Below, one piece after another: positions 15,828 to 25,063 of a stretch of 64,000 nucleotides of DNA. Position 1 is the first letter of the stretch. Each line of letters begins with the position of its first letter. Position numbers and translations under genes: made by a program. The notes under the pieces are model-generated. The model saw only the letters and a list, made by a program, of their open reading frames with translations. It was not told the DNA's origin and did not search any database. The stretch spans positions 9,683 to 73,682 of the forward strand of contig ONBI01000010.1 of the NCBI GenBank assembly GCA_900316035.1. The letters run 5' to 3'. The stretch is from an uncultured Eubacteriales bacterium (GTDB taxonomy: Bacteria; Bacillota_I; Bacilli_A; RFN20; CAG-288).

Positions 15828-18017
15828 CTATATCAGCTTCATAGGAAGCACCGTCAAAGTGCCTGGAACAATGCCATCGATCATCGCAGTAGCAATCGAG
15901 AAATAGATGAGAATCGTAAGAATATCCATCAGAGAAGACATCAGAGGTCCCGACATAACGGCCGGATCGATATGGATGGCTTTAGCAATCATCGGCAGTA
16001 CCGCCGCAAAGAGTTTCGAGCAGGTAATACCGATAAGAAGCGAAATCGAAGTGATCATGCAGATTACCAGATATACCTGCTGAACCCCACCGAAATGATT
16101 GACCAAGTCGACATTGTTCGTCAGAGTCGTGGTATCAAGAATCGGGGTATTGAGCTCCACTTCACACCAACCGAAGTTGAATAGAGCAACGACTAAACCG
16201 GTGAGGAAACCGGCTAAGAACTCTTTAAGAATGATCTTGAAATAGTCTTTCTTCTCTACCTGATCCGTGGTGATAGCACGGATAACCATCGAAGCAGTCT
16301 GGGAAGAGGAGTTACCGATGGAATCGTTCAAAGAAGGAATGAAGGCGACCAAGATCGGTAAGGTGAGCAAGGCGTTTTCAAAACGGGAGATGATGATACC
16401 GGTGAAAGTGTTGATAACAAGAAGGATGATCAACCAAATAACATAGGAGAAGGCGATCTTATAGACGCGGTTTTCCATATAAGGCGTGTCGCTAGGAGCA
16501 ACCGCTGCCTGTTTATAGACATCCTCGGTGTTTTCCTGTTCAAAGACATCCATAACATCGTCAAACGTCAAAATGCCGAGGAGTTCTCCTTTCTGGGAGA
16601 CAACTGGAAGAACCGGAAGATCATATTCCTGACAGATCGGGATAGCGGATTCCTTATCCGCAATCGGAGAGATATAAGGGAAGTCTTTGGACATGACTTC
16701 TTCAATACGCTTGCTGGTATCTTCAAACATCAGGTCTTCGAGTCTTTCGACACCTAAGAGCTTATTGGTGCTATCCACGACAAAGATGGTTCGGACCGTC
16801 TCAAGTCTTTTTCCAACCTGTTTGATCTTCGCTAAAACATCCTGAATCGTCGTTCCCGGCAGAACCGAAAGATATTCGGTTGTCATGATGGAACCGACCG
16901 TATCGTCGCTATAAGAAGCGAGGTTCACAACGATGCTTCTCCGCTTATTCGGAAGCAAAGCGAGAATCTTTTCTCTTTCAGCCTTAGGAATATCTTCCAA
17001 GAAATCCGCTAAATCATCGTTCGAGACGTTCGCTAAAACCGGTAAGAGGACTTTCTTGTTGAGGTTCTTGACTAAGCTCTGTCTTTCGTCGACCGAAAGA
17101 TAGGAGAAAATCTCGCCAAGTTTATCGTAATCGGTGGAGTTGGCAGAATAGAAAAGAACGATTTCGTCGTTATCTAATTCTTTCAAAGCATCGGAAAGCT
17201 GAACGGCAGAGTTCTCTTCAAAAAGCGTCTGAATAGCACTCTTATCGAGCGTGATCAAAGCTTGGTGAAGCTCTTCGGCACTGACTGGATCATTGACGGC
17301 GACGATGGTGTTATTCGACTTTTCGTCTTTAGAAGACTCATTGTTCTCCGAAGTGCTCTCGTTGGAATCCGCTAAAGAGAGAAGGCGTTTCGAGAGTTCT
17401 TCGACCGAACCGACATATCCTTCCGGATTGTTCTCTTTGAGAATCTGCTGATCTTTTTTGTTATGGCAGTATCCGACCGAAATAAGGTCGATACCGACTT
17501 TCTTCATGGTCTGAATATCGGCTAAGGTATCGCCGATATAGAGAATCTCGTCTTTTGAAACCGAAAAGTCTTTCGTGACCTTTTCTAAGTTCTGATCTTT
17601 GTTGATACCTTCTTCGCTTCCCCAATAGGTCTTCTGGAAGAAAGAGCGGATACCGAGATAGTCTAAGGAGATTTCCATCGTCTCTCTGCTTCTTCCGGTG
17701 ACTAAGACCAAGGTAAAGCATGAGCGCTTCGAAAGCTTTTCCAGGAGTTCTTTGATTCCCGGAATCGGCTTCATCTCTTCGTACTGGAGTTCTTCGTATT
17801 TTTTTAAAAAGGGAGGGAAGACTTTCGCAAAGGCTTCTTCACCGCAAATCTTCCGAATGATACCGGATTCTGTAGGGCCGAAATGGTCTTCGAGATTATC
17901 GTCGGTAATTTCGTTATGACCGGTGAGATGAATCGCGTAGAGCATACTACGATGCTCAAGATTCATGGAGTCGGCAATGGTGCCATCAAAGTCGAAGGCA
18001 ATAACCCGTTTTTTCAT
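15828..18017 (-). CDS. Fusion protein: N-terminal HAD-superfamily phosphatase domain plus full-length MgtE magnesium channel
   Basis: 729 aa. HAD motifs at aa 1-~215: AFDFDGTIADS, LVTGRS, YIGDTLAD. Ser/Asn/Glu linker. Then MgtE N-domain, CBS pair (VGSIMTTEYL, VLPVVSQKGELLGILTFDDV) and TM domain (DPAVMSGPLMSSLMDIL). Confidence 0.85.
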   Translation of the reverse strand: MKKRVIAFDFDGTIADSMNLEHRSMLYAIHLTGHNEITDDNLEDHFGPTESGIIRKICGEEAFAKVFPPFLKKYEELQYEEMKPIPGIKELLEKLSKRSCFTLVLVTGRSRETMEISLDYLGIRSFFQKTYWGSEEGINKDQNLEKVTKDFSVSKDEILYIGDTLADIQTMKKVGIDLISVGYCHNKKDQQILKENNPEGYVGSVEELSKRLLSLADSNESTSENNESSKDEKSNNTIVAVNDPVSAEELHQALITLDKSAIQTLFEENSAVQLSDALKELDNDEIVLFYSANSTDYDKLGEIFSYLSVDERQSLVKNLNKKVLLPVLANVSNDDLADFLEDIPKAEREKILALLPNKRRSIVVNLASYSDDTVGSIMTTEYLSVLPGTTIQDVLAKIKQVGKRLETVRTIFVVDSTNKLLGVERLEDLMFEDTSKRIEEVMSKDFPYISPIADKESAIPICQEYDLPVLPVVSQKGELLGILTFDDVMDVFEQENTEDVYKQAAVAPSDTPYMENRVYKIAFSYVIWLIILLVINTFTGIIISRFENALLTLPILVAFIPSLNDSIGNSSSQTASMVIRAITTDQVEKKDYFKIILKEFLAGFLTGLVVALFNFGWCEVELNTPILDTTTLTNNVDLVNHFGGVQQVYLVICMITSISLLIGITCSKLFAAVLPMIAKAIHIDPAVMSGPLMSSLMDILTILIYFSIATAMIDGIVPGTLTVLPMKLI

Positions 18018-18042
18018 GCTGTCCCTCCTTTTCCGTGCTCTT

Positions 18043-18048
18043 ATTATA
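18043..18048 (-). promoter_or_regulatory. -10 box (TATAAT) of the HAD-mgtE/mgtE operon
   Basis: Minus strand reads cTATAATaagagcacggaaaaGGAGGgacagcATG. The leader is only ~25 nt. Confidence 0.45.
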
Positions 18049-18149
18049 GAGGGTTGAAGGAGGAAGAGAAACGAAAAAGAGTTTTCTTTGAAAAAGAGAA
18101 AGAAGAAGCGTAAATTCTCTCTTACCCAGTAAACAAAACGTCTGATCTT

Positions 18150-18695
18150 CTAGAACAGCGGAACCATCGTTTCTTCCTCTTTACTAAGAAGGGAAGGATG
18201 TTCTCTTTCGGTCAGATCTTTACCCTGAAGATATGGGATAACGTCTTCTTTGGTTAAGAGAAGTGGCATCCTAGGAGGAAGAGGATAGATTCCTTTTTTT
18301 CCTTCTTCGGTCAAGAGAACAAACTGCCTTTCCCGATTATAGAAACCTGCTAAATAAAGGATAGGATTTGCTTCCGAGATAAACTCATGTTCTTTCTTCT
18401 TGCGGTCGAATTCAAAGAAGGAAGTACAAGGGAAAACTGCTTTGTGAGAAGGATAATCGTCTCGAAAGCTTGGTTTCTCGGCTGCGGTCTCGATTCTTGC
18501 ATTATAAAGAAAACTTCCATCATAAGAAGGGAAGCCGAACGTGAAAAGATATGCTTTGAGGATTCCGTTCCTTGAGAAAGTGATCCCGTAAGCTTTCTTT
18601 CCAGGTTCTACTTCATAATCTTCCTCTATCCTTACTCCCGGATAGGCATCCTCTTCTTTGAGAAGTTCCTTTGTAAATGCAAACCGCCGGCACAT
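18150..18695 (-). CDS. SOS response-associated peptidase (SRAP/YedK-like abasic-site processing protein), short variant
   Basis: 181 aa starting MCRRF (catalytic Cys2). YNARIETAAEKPSFR, FPCTSFFEF, PPRMPLLL. Confidence 0.7.
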   Translation of the reverse strand: MCRRFAFTKELLKEEDAYPGVRIEEDYEVEPGKKAYGITFSRNGILKAYLFTFGFPSYDGSFLYNARIETAAEKPSFRDDYPSHKAVFPCTSFFEFDRKKKEHEFISEANPILYLAGFYNRERQFVLLTEEGKKGIYPLPPRMPLLLTKEDVIPYLQGKDLTEREHPSLLSKEEETMVPLF

Positions 18696-18816
18696 GTTCT
18701 GTTTCTTCCTTGTTCCCTGTTATTTTACCAAAGGGGAAGAGATGCAGAAGAAAGACTTCCTGTGAATCCATCCTAGCGGGATTTATAATAATAGCCACGA
18801 AGGAGAAAGAAGAAAC

Positions 18817-21246
18817 ATGGCTCTTTTCCCTACCGATAAGAAGGTTTTCCTGATTGCTGACCATCTTTTTGCTCCTGCTTTATTGAAACTCAAGGAGAAA
18901 GACCCGACCTTGGATCTGAAAGTCTTAGATAGAGAAGAAGTGATTTCTCTTCTTTCTTTTCACTATGTCAAAGATCCGCTTCCCTATCTTCTGAGCTTAG
19001 GAAAATACGATTATTCCCGAGCAAAAAAGCTAGCAAAGATTCTTCCTGTCTATGAAGAAGGGAAAGACGAAGAGCTGGATTCTTACCGAAAAGACTTAGA
19101 AGAAAAAGGGTATCTTGCTTTTGATCCGTTGGGAAAAAGAAAACTGGAAAACAAAGCTATCTATCTTTTTGAAAGAGACGAAGATTATGAACTCCGTTCT
19201 CTTTTCGAAAGAAATCACATTTCTTATTCTCTCCTTCATAAAGAAGATCTTCCCTTAGAGAGTCATCCATTATCCTTCCCTGTCTATCTTTTCAAAGATA
19301 AGTTCTTACAGTACTTCTATCTTTTTGCAGACTTAAGAAAAAGAATCGTATTCGGAAAAGAAAAAGCCGAAGACTTTGCTTTCGTCGGTGATCCCGATGA
19401 TGTCTATTATCTTTCTTTCTTTTCCTCTCTTTTCCATCTTCCTTTTTCGTTATCCGTCAAGACACCTCTTTTAACCGATAAGGCCGTCAAAGAGGCTATC
19501 AAAGAGAGCTATGAGAAACAGAGCTTCACTCCTCTTCTCTCTTTGACTCCGGAAGAAGATTCTCCGTTAGCCTTAGTACAGACACAGATAAAAACGTATG
19601 GATTAGAGAAGCTTTCTTTTGCCTCCGCTTATTCCTCTTTGATTGAAATACTGGCTTCTTTCTCTTTAAACAACTCTTTGAATGAAACGGGAATACCTTT
19701 TTCCTCTTCTCTCCGCCTGGATAATAAGAAAACGATATTGACAAACTTTGTCTATGGCACTTTCTATAAAGTCTATGCGGATGACAATATCTTCGCCGAT
19801 AAGAAACTGAAAGAGATTCATGTCAATACCAGTTACTATCTGACCGCTCTGGATAAAAGGAAAAAGGAAACCTATCTTTCCTTAGCCAACATCGTCAGTG
19901 CCAGCCGCGTGAAGATCCATTTGCAGGATAAGATCTATCCTTCGCCTTTTGTCGAGGAGTTCTCCTTACCGGAAGTCGAAAAAGAGATTGAGGAAGAAGG
20001 TTGTTACACCGACGAAGCCAAGAACCTTCTGCTCTCCTATCTCAAAGACCGTGACCACGCGAAAAAAGGAGACGGTTATCGCACCTTCGATCCTTCCTTC
20101 ACGCCGATAAAGACAAAGAAAGAACATCAAGTCAGCGTCACCGACTTTTCCATCTATGCCGATTGTCCGTTCAAGTTCTATCTCGATCGGATTCTTCACA
20201 TTGAAAACTATGATCCGAATCAGGATTGCTATCCGATGGCTTTAGGAAACCTCACCCATCGCGTGATGGAAAATATCTATTCCGACACGTACGATTTTGA
20301 AGAAGCTTTTAAAAGTGGAACAGAGGATTTCTACAAGACTTATCAGAACAACAATGCCGAAGTTCCACCTTCCAGTGAAGTCTATCTTGCCATTGTCAAA
20401 GTACATCTGAAAGACTTTGCCTTTACGATACGCTCGCAAAGAGACAAAAATCATCTGATTGGAGAAAGAAGAGAAGTTCCGATCACCCTTTCTTTAAATA
20501 GTAGCGATGGAAAAAGAGGAAAGATCAAAGGCCGCATCGATAAGATCTTATACTCCCAGGGACATCACGATACCTACTACACCATCGTCGACTATAAATC
20601 CGGAAAGGAATTCTTCAATCCGGAAGAAGTTTTCCTTGGTAAGAGTCTTCAGCTTCCCCTTTATGTCTTAGCCCTGAAAGAAAAAGAGAACGAAGAATAT
20701 ACCAACAACGCCACTTTCGGTGGATTCGGTATTCAGCATATCTATGCCAAGACCTATCCGATGGATAATAAAGTCTATGACGAAAAAGGCTATCGGAACA
20801 CTATCAAAATCAGCGGTATCCTCCGTGCCGATACCGATTATCTCGATGGCTTCGATACCTCTTCTCTTAAGAAAAATGACGAAGGAAAAATTGTCGATAT
20901 CCAGAAGGTCAACGGAGCAGACTATGTCACTCTCCGATATTTCTATTATCCGAACAGCTTAGAAGCAAGCAGCATTGCTGGAAATATCGATTACACCTAT
21001 GAAGAGATGATGGACGATGCCAAAACCAGCGCCGGAAAAATCCTCTCCGGTATTGAAAAAGCGGAGTATCCGATCCATCCTCTTTCCGTCACGAAGACCA
21101 TCAAAAGCGATAAGCTCCCCTGCCGTTTCTGTGCGTTCCGGAATATCTGTTATCGCCGCAAGGAAGATATCAATAACCGCTATCCGGATGTTGTAGAAAA
21201 GTTTTCTAGCGATGAGGAGGACGAGGAAAATGGCGACACATTATAA
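18817..21246 (+). CDS. addB: AddB/RexB-type helicase-nuclease subunit B, short form (PD-(D/E)XK nuclease with 4-Cys Fe-S motif)
   Basis: 809 aa. Nuclease motif GRIDKILYS...YTIVDYKSGKE. Cys ligands YADCPFKFY and LPCRFCAFRNIC. Directly upstream of and overlapping addA. Confidence 0.75.
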   Translation: MALFPTDKKVFLIADHLFAPALLKLKEKDPTLDLKVLDREEVISLLSFHYVKDPLPYLLSLGKYDYSRAKKLAKILPVYEEGKDEELDSYRKDLEEKGYLAFDPLGKRKLENKAIYLFERDEDYELRSLFERNHISYSLLHKEDLPLESHPLSFPVYLFKDKFLQYFYLFADLRKRIVFGKEKAEDFAFVGDPDDVYYLSFFSSLFHLPFSLSVKTPLLTDKAVKEAIKESYEKQSFTPLLSLTPEEDSPLALVQTQIKTYGLEKLSFASAYSSLIEILASFSLNNSLNETGIPFSSSLRLDNKKTILTNFVYGTFYKVYADDNIFADKKLKEIHVNTSYYLTALDKRKKETYLSLANIVSASRVKIHLQDKIYPSPFVEEFSLPEVEKEIEEEGCYTDEAKNLLLSYLKDRDHAKKGDGYRTFDPSFTPIKTKKEHQVSVTDFSIYADCPFKFYLDRILHIENYDPNQDCYPMALGNLTHRVMENIYSDTYDFEEAFKSGTEDFYKTYQNNNAEVPPSSEVYLAIVKVHLKDFAFTIRSQRDKNHLIGERREVPITLSLNSSDGKRGKIKGRIDKILYSQGHHDTYYTIVDYKSGKEFFNPEEVFLGKSLQLPLYVLALKEKENEEYTNNATFGGFGIQHIYAKTYPMDNKVYDEKGYRNTIKISGILRADTDYLDGFDTSSLKKNDEGKIVDIQKVNGADYVTLRYFYYPNSLEASSIAGNIDYTYEEMMDDAKTSAGKILSGIEKAEYPIHPLSVTKTIKSDKLPCRFCAFRNICYRRKEDINNRYPDVVEKFSSDEEDEENGDTL

Positions 21247-24200
21247 TCCCCAACAGCAGGCAGCTATCGACTCTTCGGCAAAGACCAACGTCATCATCTC
21301 CGCCGGTGCGGGAAGCGGAAAAACCGAAGTCCTTTCTCAGAAAGTCTTCACAACGGTCGTACGGGACCATGTGGAACCTTCTTCTCTGTTGGTTCTTACT
21401 TTCACCAACAAAGCCGCTTTTGAAATGAAGGAAAGAATCATCGCGAAGTTCCAAGCAGATTCCGCCTTAGGAGAAAAGGCCGCCGAGATGCTTTCGGCTC
21501 ACGTTCAGACTTTCGATTCTTTCTCTCTTTATCTCGTCAAGAAATATTCCCATGCCTTAGGCTTACCCGATAGCATCTCGTTAGTCGATGAAAGTCTTAT
21601 CGAAACGAAAAAAGAAGAGATTCTTGATCAGATTCTGGAAGAGCATTACGCCAACAAAGACGACGCTCTTCTTTCCACGTTGAAGAAATTCGATTTCAAG
21701 ACCGATTCCCAAACCAAGAGCATCCTTCTCGATCTGGATAAGAAGCTCAATTCCCTGTTGGCTTCAAAAAAGAAAAGATTCCTCGAACATTATCCGGAAG
21801 ACTTCCTCAGCGATGCCTTCTTTGAAAAATGCTATCAGGAATATATCACTCTCGCCAAAGACAACATGGAAGATAAAATAGAGGAAGCTCTCTTCCTTTA
21901 TGATCATGCGGATTTATCGGCGCCGGAATTACTGGATCTTCTCAATAAGACAGAGCATTTCCCGTCTCTTGCCGAACGCACTTTCGACGATGAGAAACTA
22001 CAGAAACGATACGATGCTCTTTTGAAACTTCTCTCTTTCGAAGGTGACGAATTTGCAAAGGAATACGGAGAACTCTGTGAAGATAATCTTTTCAACGGCA
22101 TCAAGACCAAAATCAAAGATGTCAAGAAGCATCCCGCGGAAGCTTCTCTTCATAAAGCCTTAGCGGAAGCTTTAGATAAAGGAGGAGCCGGAAGCTTCTT
22201 CACCAATGCCAGCAACTTCCAATCCCAGATCAACATTCTCCGTTCCTTTGCCCCGGATATCAAAGTCCTGTTCTCTTTGATTCAGGAACTCGATACCCGT
22301 CTCTTCGAAGAAAAGAAACTGACCGGTGCTTTCCTATTCTCTGATATCTCTACTCTTGCCTTATCGCTTTTGGAAGAAGAACAATACGCCTCTATCCGCG
22401 AAGAGATTCAGGACCGCTTCTCCTTCCTCCTTGTCGATGAATATCAGGATACCAATGATTTCCAGGAAGAGTTCCTGACGCTGCTTTCCAAAAAAGCGAC
22501 TCTCTTCGTTGTCGGGGATGCGAAACAATCCATCTATGCTTTCCGTAACTCCGATTGCCAGCTCTTCTTAGACCGCAAAGAGAGATATCAGAAAGACAAT
22601 CGTCCCGAAGAAGAAAAAGTCATCGAGATGAACACCAACTACCGTTCCGTCAAAGCGATTCTCGATGATGTCAATACTCTTTTCCGTGTCTCGATGACAC
22701 CGAGTCACGGAGGTATCGATTATCTCGAAGAAAGCGAAGAGCTTCACTACGATGAAAAAGCCGATCTCTATGCTCCTTCTTCGCTTTACGCGGATGGTGA
22801 ATACGGCATTCATCTTCTGGATTATAAGAAAGACGATTTCTCCGAGGACGAAGAAGTTTCTCCTACCGAAGCAGAAGCCAGAGCCATCGTTCAGGATATC
22901 AAGGATAAAGTAGAACACGGGTATCTCATCTACACCGGCAAGAACAAGCCGTTACGGAAATGCAGCTATCGGGATTTTGCTATTCTTCTAAGAACTAAGG
23001 ATGCCTTCCCGATGTATCAGGATCTTTTCCGTCAATACGGTGTTCCTCTCAACAACGAATTGGCCACCAGCTTAAAGGAAATCGATGCCATCAACGTCTT
23101 AGAATCTTTGCTCCGTATGGTCTCTTATTGTCTAGGGGAAAGCAAAGAGAACCCTGTTCATCTTTTCTTCTCGATTGCGAGAAGCTATCTCTTCGGAAAA
23201 GAAGCTGGGTATGATGATCAGAAGCTCTACTCTCTTCTTTCTAGTGAAGACCCGCTTTCTGCCATCCGACAGGATCCTCTCTATCAAAGGATCGAAGGCT
23301 TTGCGCTCGCTCATCGCAACTCCTCTCTTTCTGCTCTTTTCTTATCTCTTCTCAACGAATTCAACCTCATTGAGAAGTTGCCGTTAGTCGGTGATAGTGA
23401 AGGAAACATCGATAAAATCGAGTCCTTCTATACCATGATTCTTTCTCAGGAAGCGATGGGAGAAGGATTAAAAGATTTCATCGATCTCTTCCATTCTCTT
23501 TCGAAGTTCCAGATTGATCTGGAAGCGAACTCCATCACGGAAATCAAAGATGCGGTCACTTTGGAAACCATCCATAAATCCAAAGGTCTTCAGTATCCGA
23601 TCGTGTATCTACCGGTGAGTAAAAATAAGATTACAACCGGAAACTTAAATACTCTGCCTTATACCTTCTCCAAGACCTACGGACTTCTTTTCCCCTACCA
23701 TGGCGACTTTCATCTTCCGAGCGGTTCCTTAAGTGAAACCTTCCTCACGAAGCTATATCAGCAGGGAGAAGGAAGCAAAAAAGGAGAAGTCTCCGAATAT
23801 ATCCGCCTTCTCTATGTTGCTTTGACTAGACCGAAGGAAACTTGCTATGTCGTCGGTCACGAAAAAGAATCCAATAGAGAAACTCTCTATCAGAACATCC
23901 TGAAAGCTTATCACCTGAAGAGAATCTCTCCTCTTGTTCTGAAATCAAGTAAAGCTTTTACCCAAGAAGAAATCACATCCTATGAAAGCTTGGTTGCTCG
24001 ATACAGGAAGTGCTATCAAGGCTTGATCGGCTGTTCGGACGAAAGAGTCAACCGGATCCGTAAAGACCTCCATGTCAAAGGAGTCATCACCCCTACAAAA
24101 GAACAGATAGAAGCAAAAGAAAACGAGTTCTTAGGAAGACTCTATTCCACGTACGTTTCTTTGCTTTCTCCTAAGGATGCTTTTTCTCTCTATCTTGCCG

Positions 24201-25012
24201 TCAATAAGGAGAAGCCCACTTTGACAATCGAAGAGATTGCGGAGAAAGCAAAAAAGAAAGTTGAACAGATTACACAGGAGATAGACGCCTTGTATAAGGA
24301 TGTCAAAGATACTGCTGTCGCTCTTCCTAACGCAACCACAAAGACAGCCAAAAAGGATGTGATGACCAAAGTGAATCTTTATCTCGAACCTCTTTATCAT
24401 GTCGTCACTTCCTCAAAAGAACCTCTCTATGAAGAAGAGTTTGCTTTCCCACAGAGAATCGTCTCTCTCCGTCCTTTACCGATAGGAGAAGAGAGTCGAA
24501 AAGTCTACCCGGAATTCAAGGTGGAGAACAGTGAAATCCCCTATACCGAAAAAGAGAAGAAACGGGCTTCGAAAACGATCGTCCATGAAGAAAGCGATGC
24601 CGTTGCTACGGAAGCAAAACTCGAACGCGGCACTTATCTTCATAGCCTTTTAGAGAATGTCAACTTCACTACAAAAGATGTCTCCTTCCTAAAGGATAGT
24701 AAAGACAGAGCGCTGATTCAGAAAGTCCTCTCACTTCCAATCTATCAGTTAGCGAAAGAGGATAAAGTCTATACCGAATACGGCTACTATGATCCGGAAC
24801 TCGAAACCACCGGTTTTGTCGATTGCCTGATCGTACGGAAAGAAAGAATCGATATCATCGACTATAAGCTCAAGAATATCGATGAGGAAGCCTATCAGGA
24901 ACAACTGAAGGCCTATAAGAGAAATCTTTCACGTCTCTATCCAGAGAAAGAGATTCACACGTATCTGCTTTCGATTCTCAATGCCGACTGTGAAGAAGTG
25001 AAGACCGAGTAA
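21230..25012 (+). CDS. addA: AddA-type ATP-dependent helicase/nuclease subunit A (UvrD/Rep helicase plus C-terminal PD-(D/E)XK nuclease)
   Basis: From MATHYNPQQQAAIDS. Walker A AGAGSGKT, VDEYQDTN, VGDAKQSIYAFR, TIHKSKGLQYP, YVALTRPK. C-terminal nuclease GFVDCLIVRKERIDIIDYK. Start chosen at ATG 21230, 8 nt after GAGGAGGA. Confidence 0.85.
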   Translation: MATHYNPQQQAAIDSSAKTNVIISAGAGSGKTEVLSQKVFTTVVRDHVEPSSLLVLTFTNKAAFEMKERIIAKFQADSALGEKAAEMLSAHVQTFDSFSLYLVKKYSHALGLPDSISLVDESLIETKKEEILDQILEEHYANKDDALLSTLKKFDFKTDSQTKSILLDLDKKLNSLLASKKKRFLEHYPEDFLSDAFFEKCYQEYITLAKDNMEDKIEEALFLYDHADLSAPELLDLLNKTEHFPSLAERTFDDEKLQKRYDALLKLLSFEGDEFAKEYGELCEDNLFNGIKTKIKDVKKHPAEASLHKALAEALDKGGAGSFFTNASNFQSQINILRSFAPDIKVLFSLIQELDTRLFEEKKLTGAFLFSDISTLALSLLEEEQYASIREEIQDRFSFLLVDEYQDTNDFQEEFLTLLSKKATLFVVGDAKQSIYAFRNSDCQLFLDRKERYQKDNRPEEEKVIEMNTNYRSVKAILDDVNTLFRVSMTPSHGGIDYLEESEELHYDEKADLYAPSSLYADGEYGIHLLDYKKDDFSEDEEVSPTEAEARAIVQDIKDKVEHGYLIYTGKNKPLRKCSYRDFAILLRTKDAFPMYQDLFRQYGVPLNNELATSLKEIDAINVLESLLRMVSYCLGESKENPVHLFFSIARSYLFGKEAGYDDQKLYSLLSSEDPLSAIRQDPLYQRIEGFALAHRNSSLSALFLSLLNEFNLIEKLPLVGDSEGNIDKIESFYTMILSQEAMGEGLKDFIDLFHSLSKFQIDLEANSITEIKDAVTLETIHKSKGLQYPIVYLPVSKNKITTGNLNTLPYTFSKTYGLLFPYHGDFHLPSGSLSETFLTKLYQQGEGSKKGEVSEYIRLLYVALTRPKETCYVVGHEKESNRETLYQNILKAYHLKRISPLVLKSSKAFTQEEITSYESLVARYRKCYQGLIGCSDERVNRIRKDLHVKGVITPTKEQIEAKENEFLGRLYSTYVSLLSPKDAFSLYLAVNKEKPTLTIEEIAEKAKKKVEQITQEIDALYKDVKDTAVALPNATTKTAKKDVMTKVNLYLEPLYHVVTSSKEPLYEEEFAFPQRIVSLRPLPIGEESRKVYPEFKVENSEIPYTEKEKKRASKTIVHEESDAVATEAKLERGTYLHSLLENVNFTTKDVSFLKDSKDRALIQKVLSLPIYQLAKEDKVYTEYGYYDPELETTGFVDCLIVRKERIDIIDYKLKNIDEEAYQEQLKAYKRNLSRLYPEKEIHTYLLSILNADCEEVKTE

Positions 25013-25023
25013 TACGGACTATC

Positions 25024-25057
25024 AAAAAAGAGGCTCTCGCGATGGGAGTCTCTTTTC
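25024..25057. terminator. Terminator between convergent addA and the ABC exporter gene
   Basis: AAAAAGAGGCTC-loop-GAGTCTCTTTT, with one G-T pair. Confidence 0.55.
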
Positions 25058-25063
25058 GATCGG

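Noticed and set aside
18018-18149. I looked for an M-box (ykoK) riboswitch upstream of the mgtE operon.
   Set aside because: The intergenic region is 132 nt, with a TATAAT only ~27 nt from the ATG. It is too short and lacks the extended helices of an M-box.
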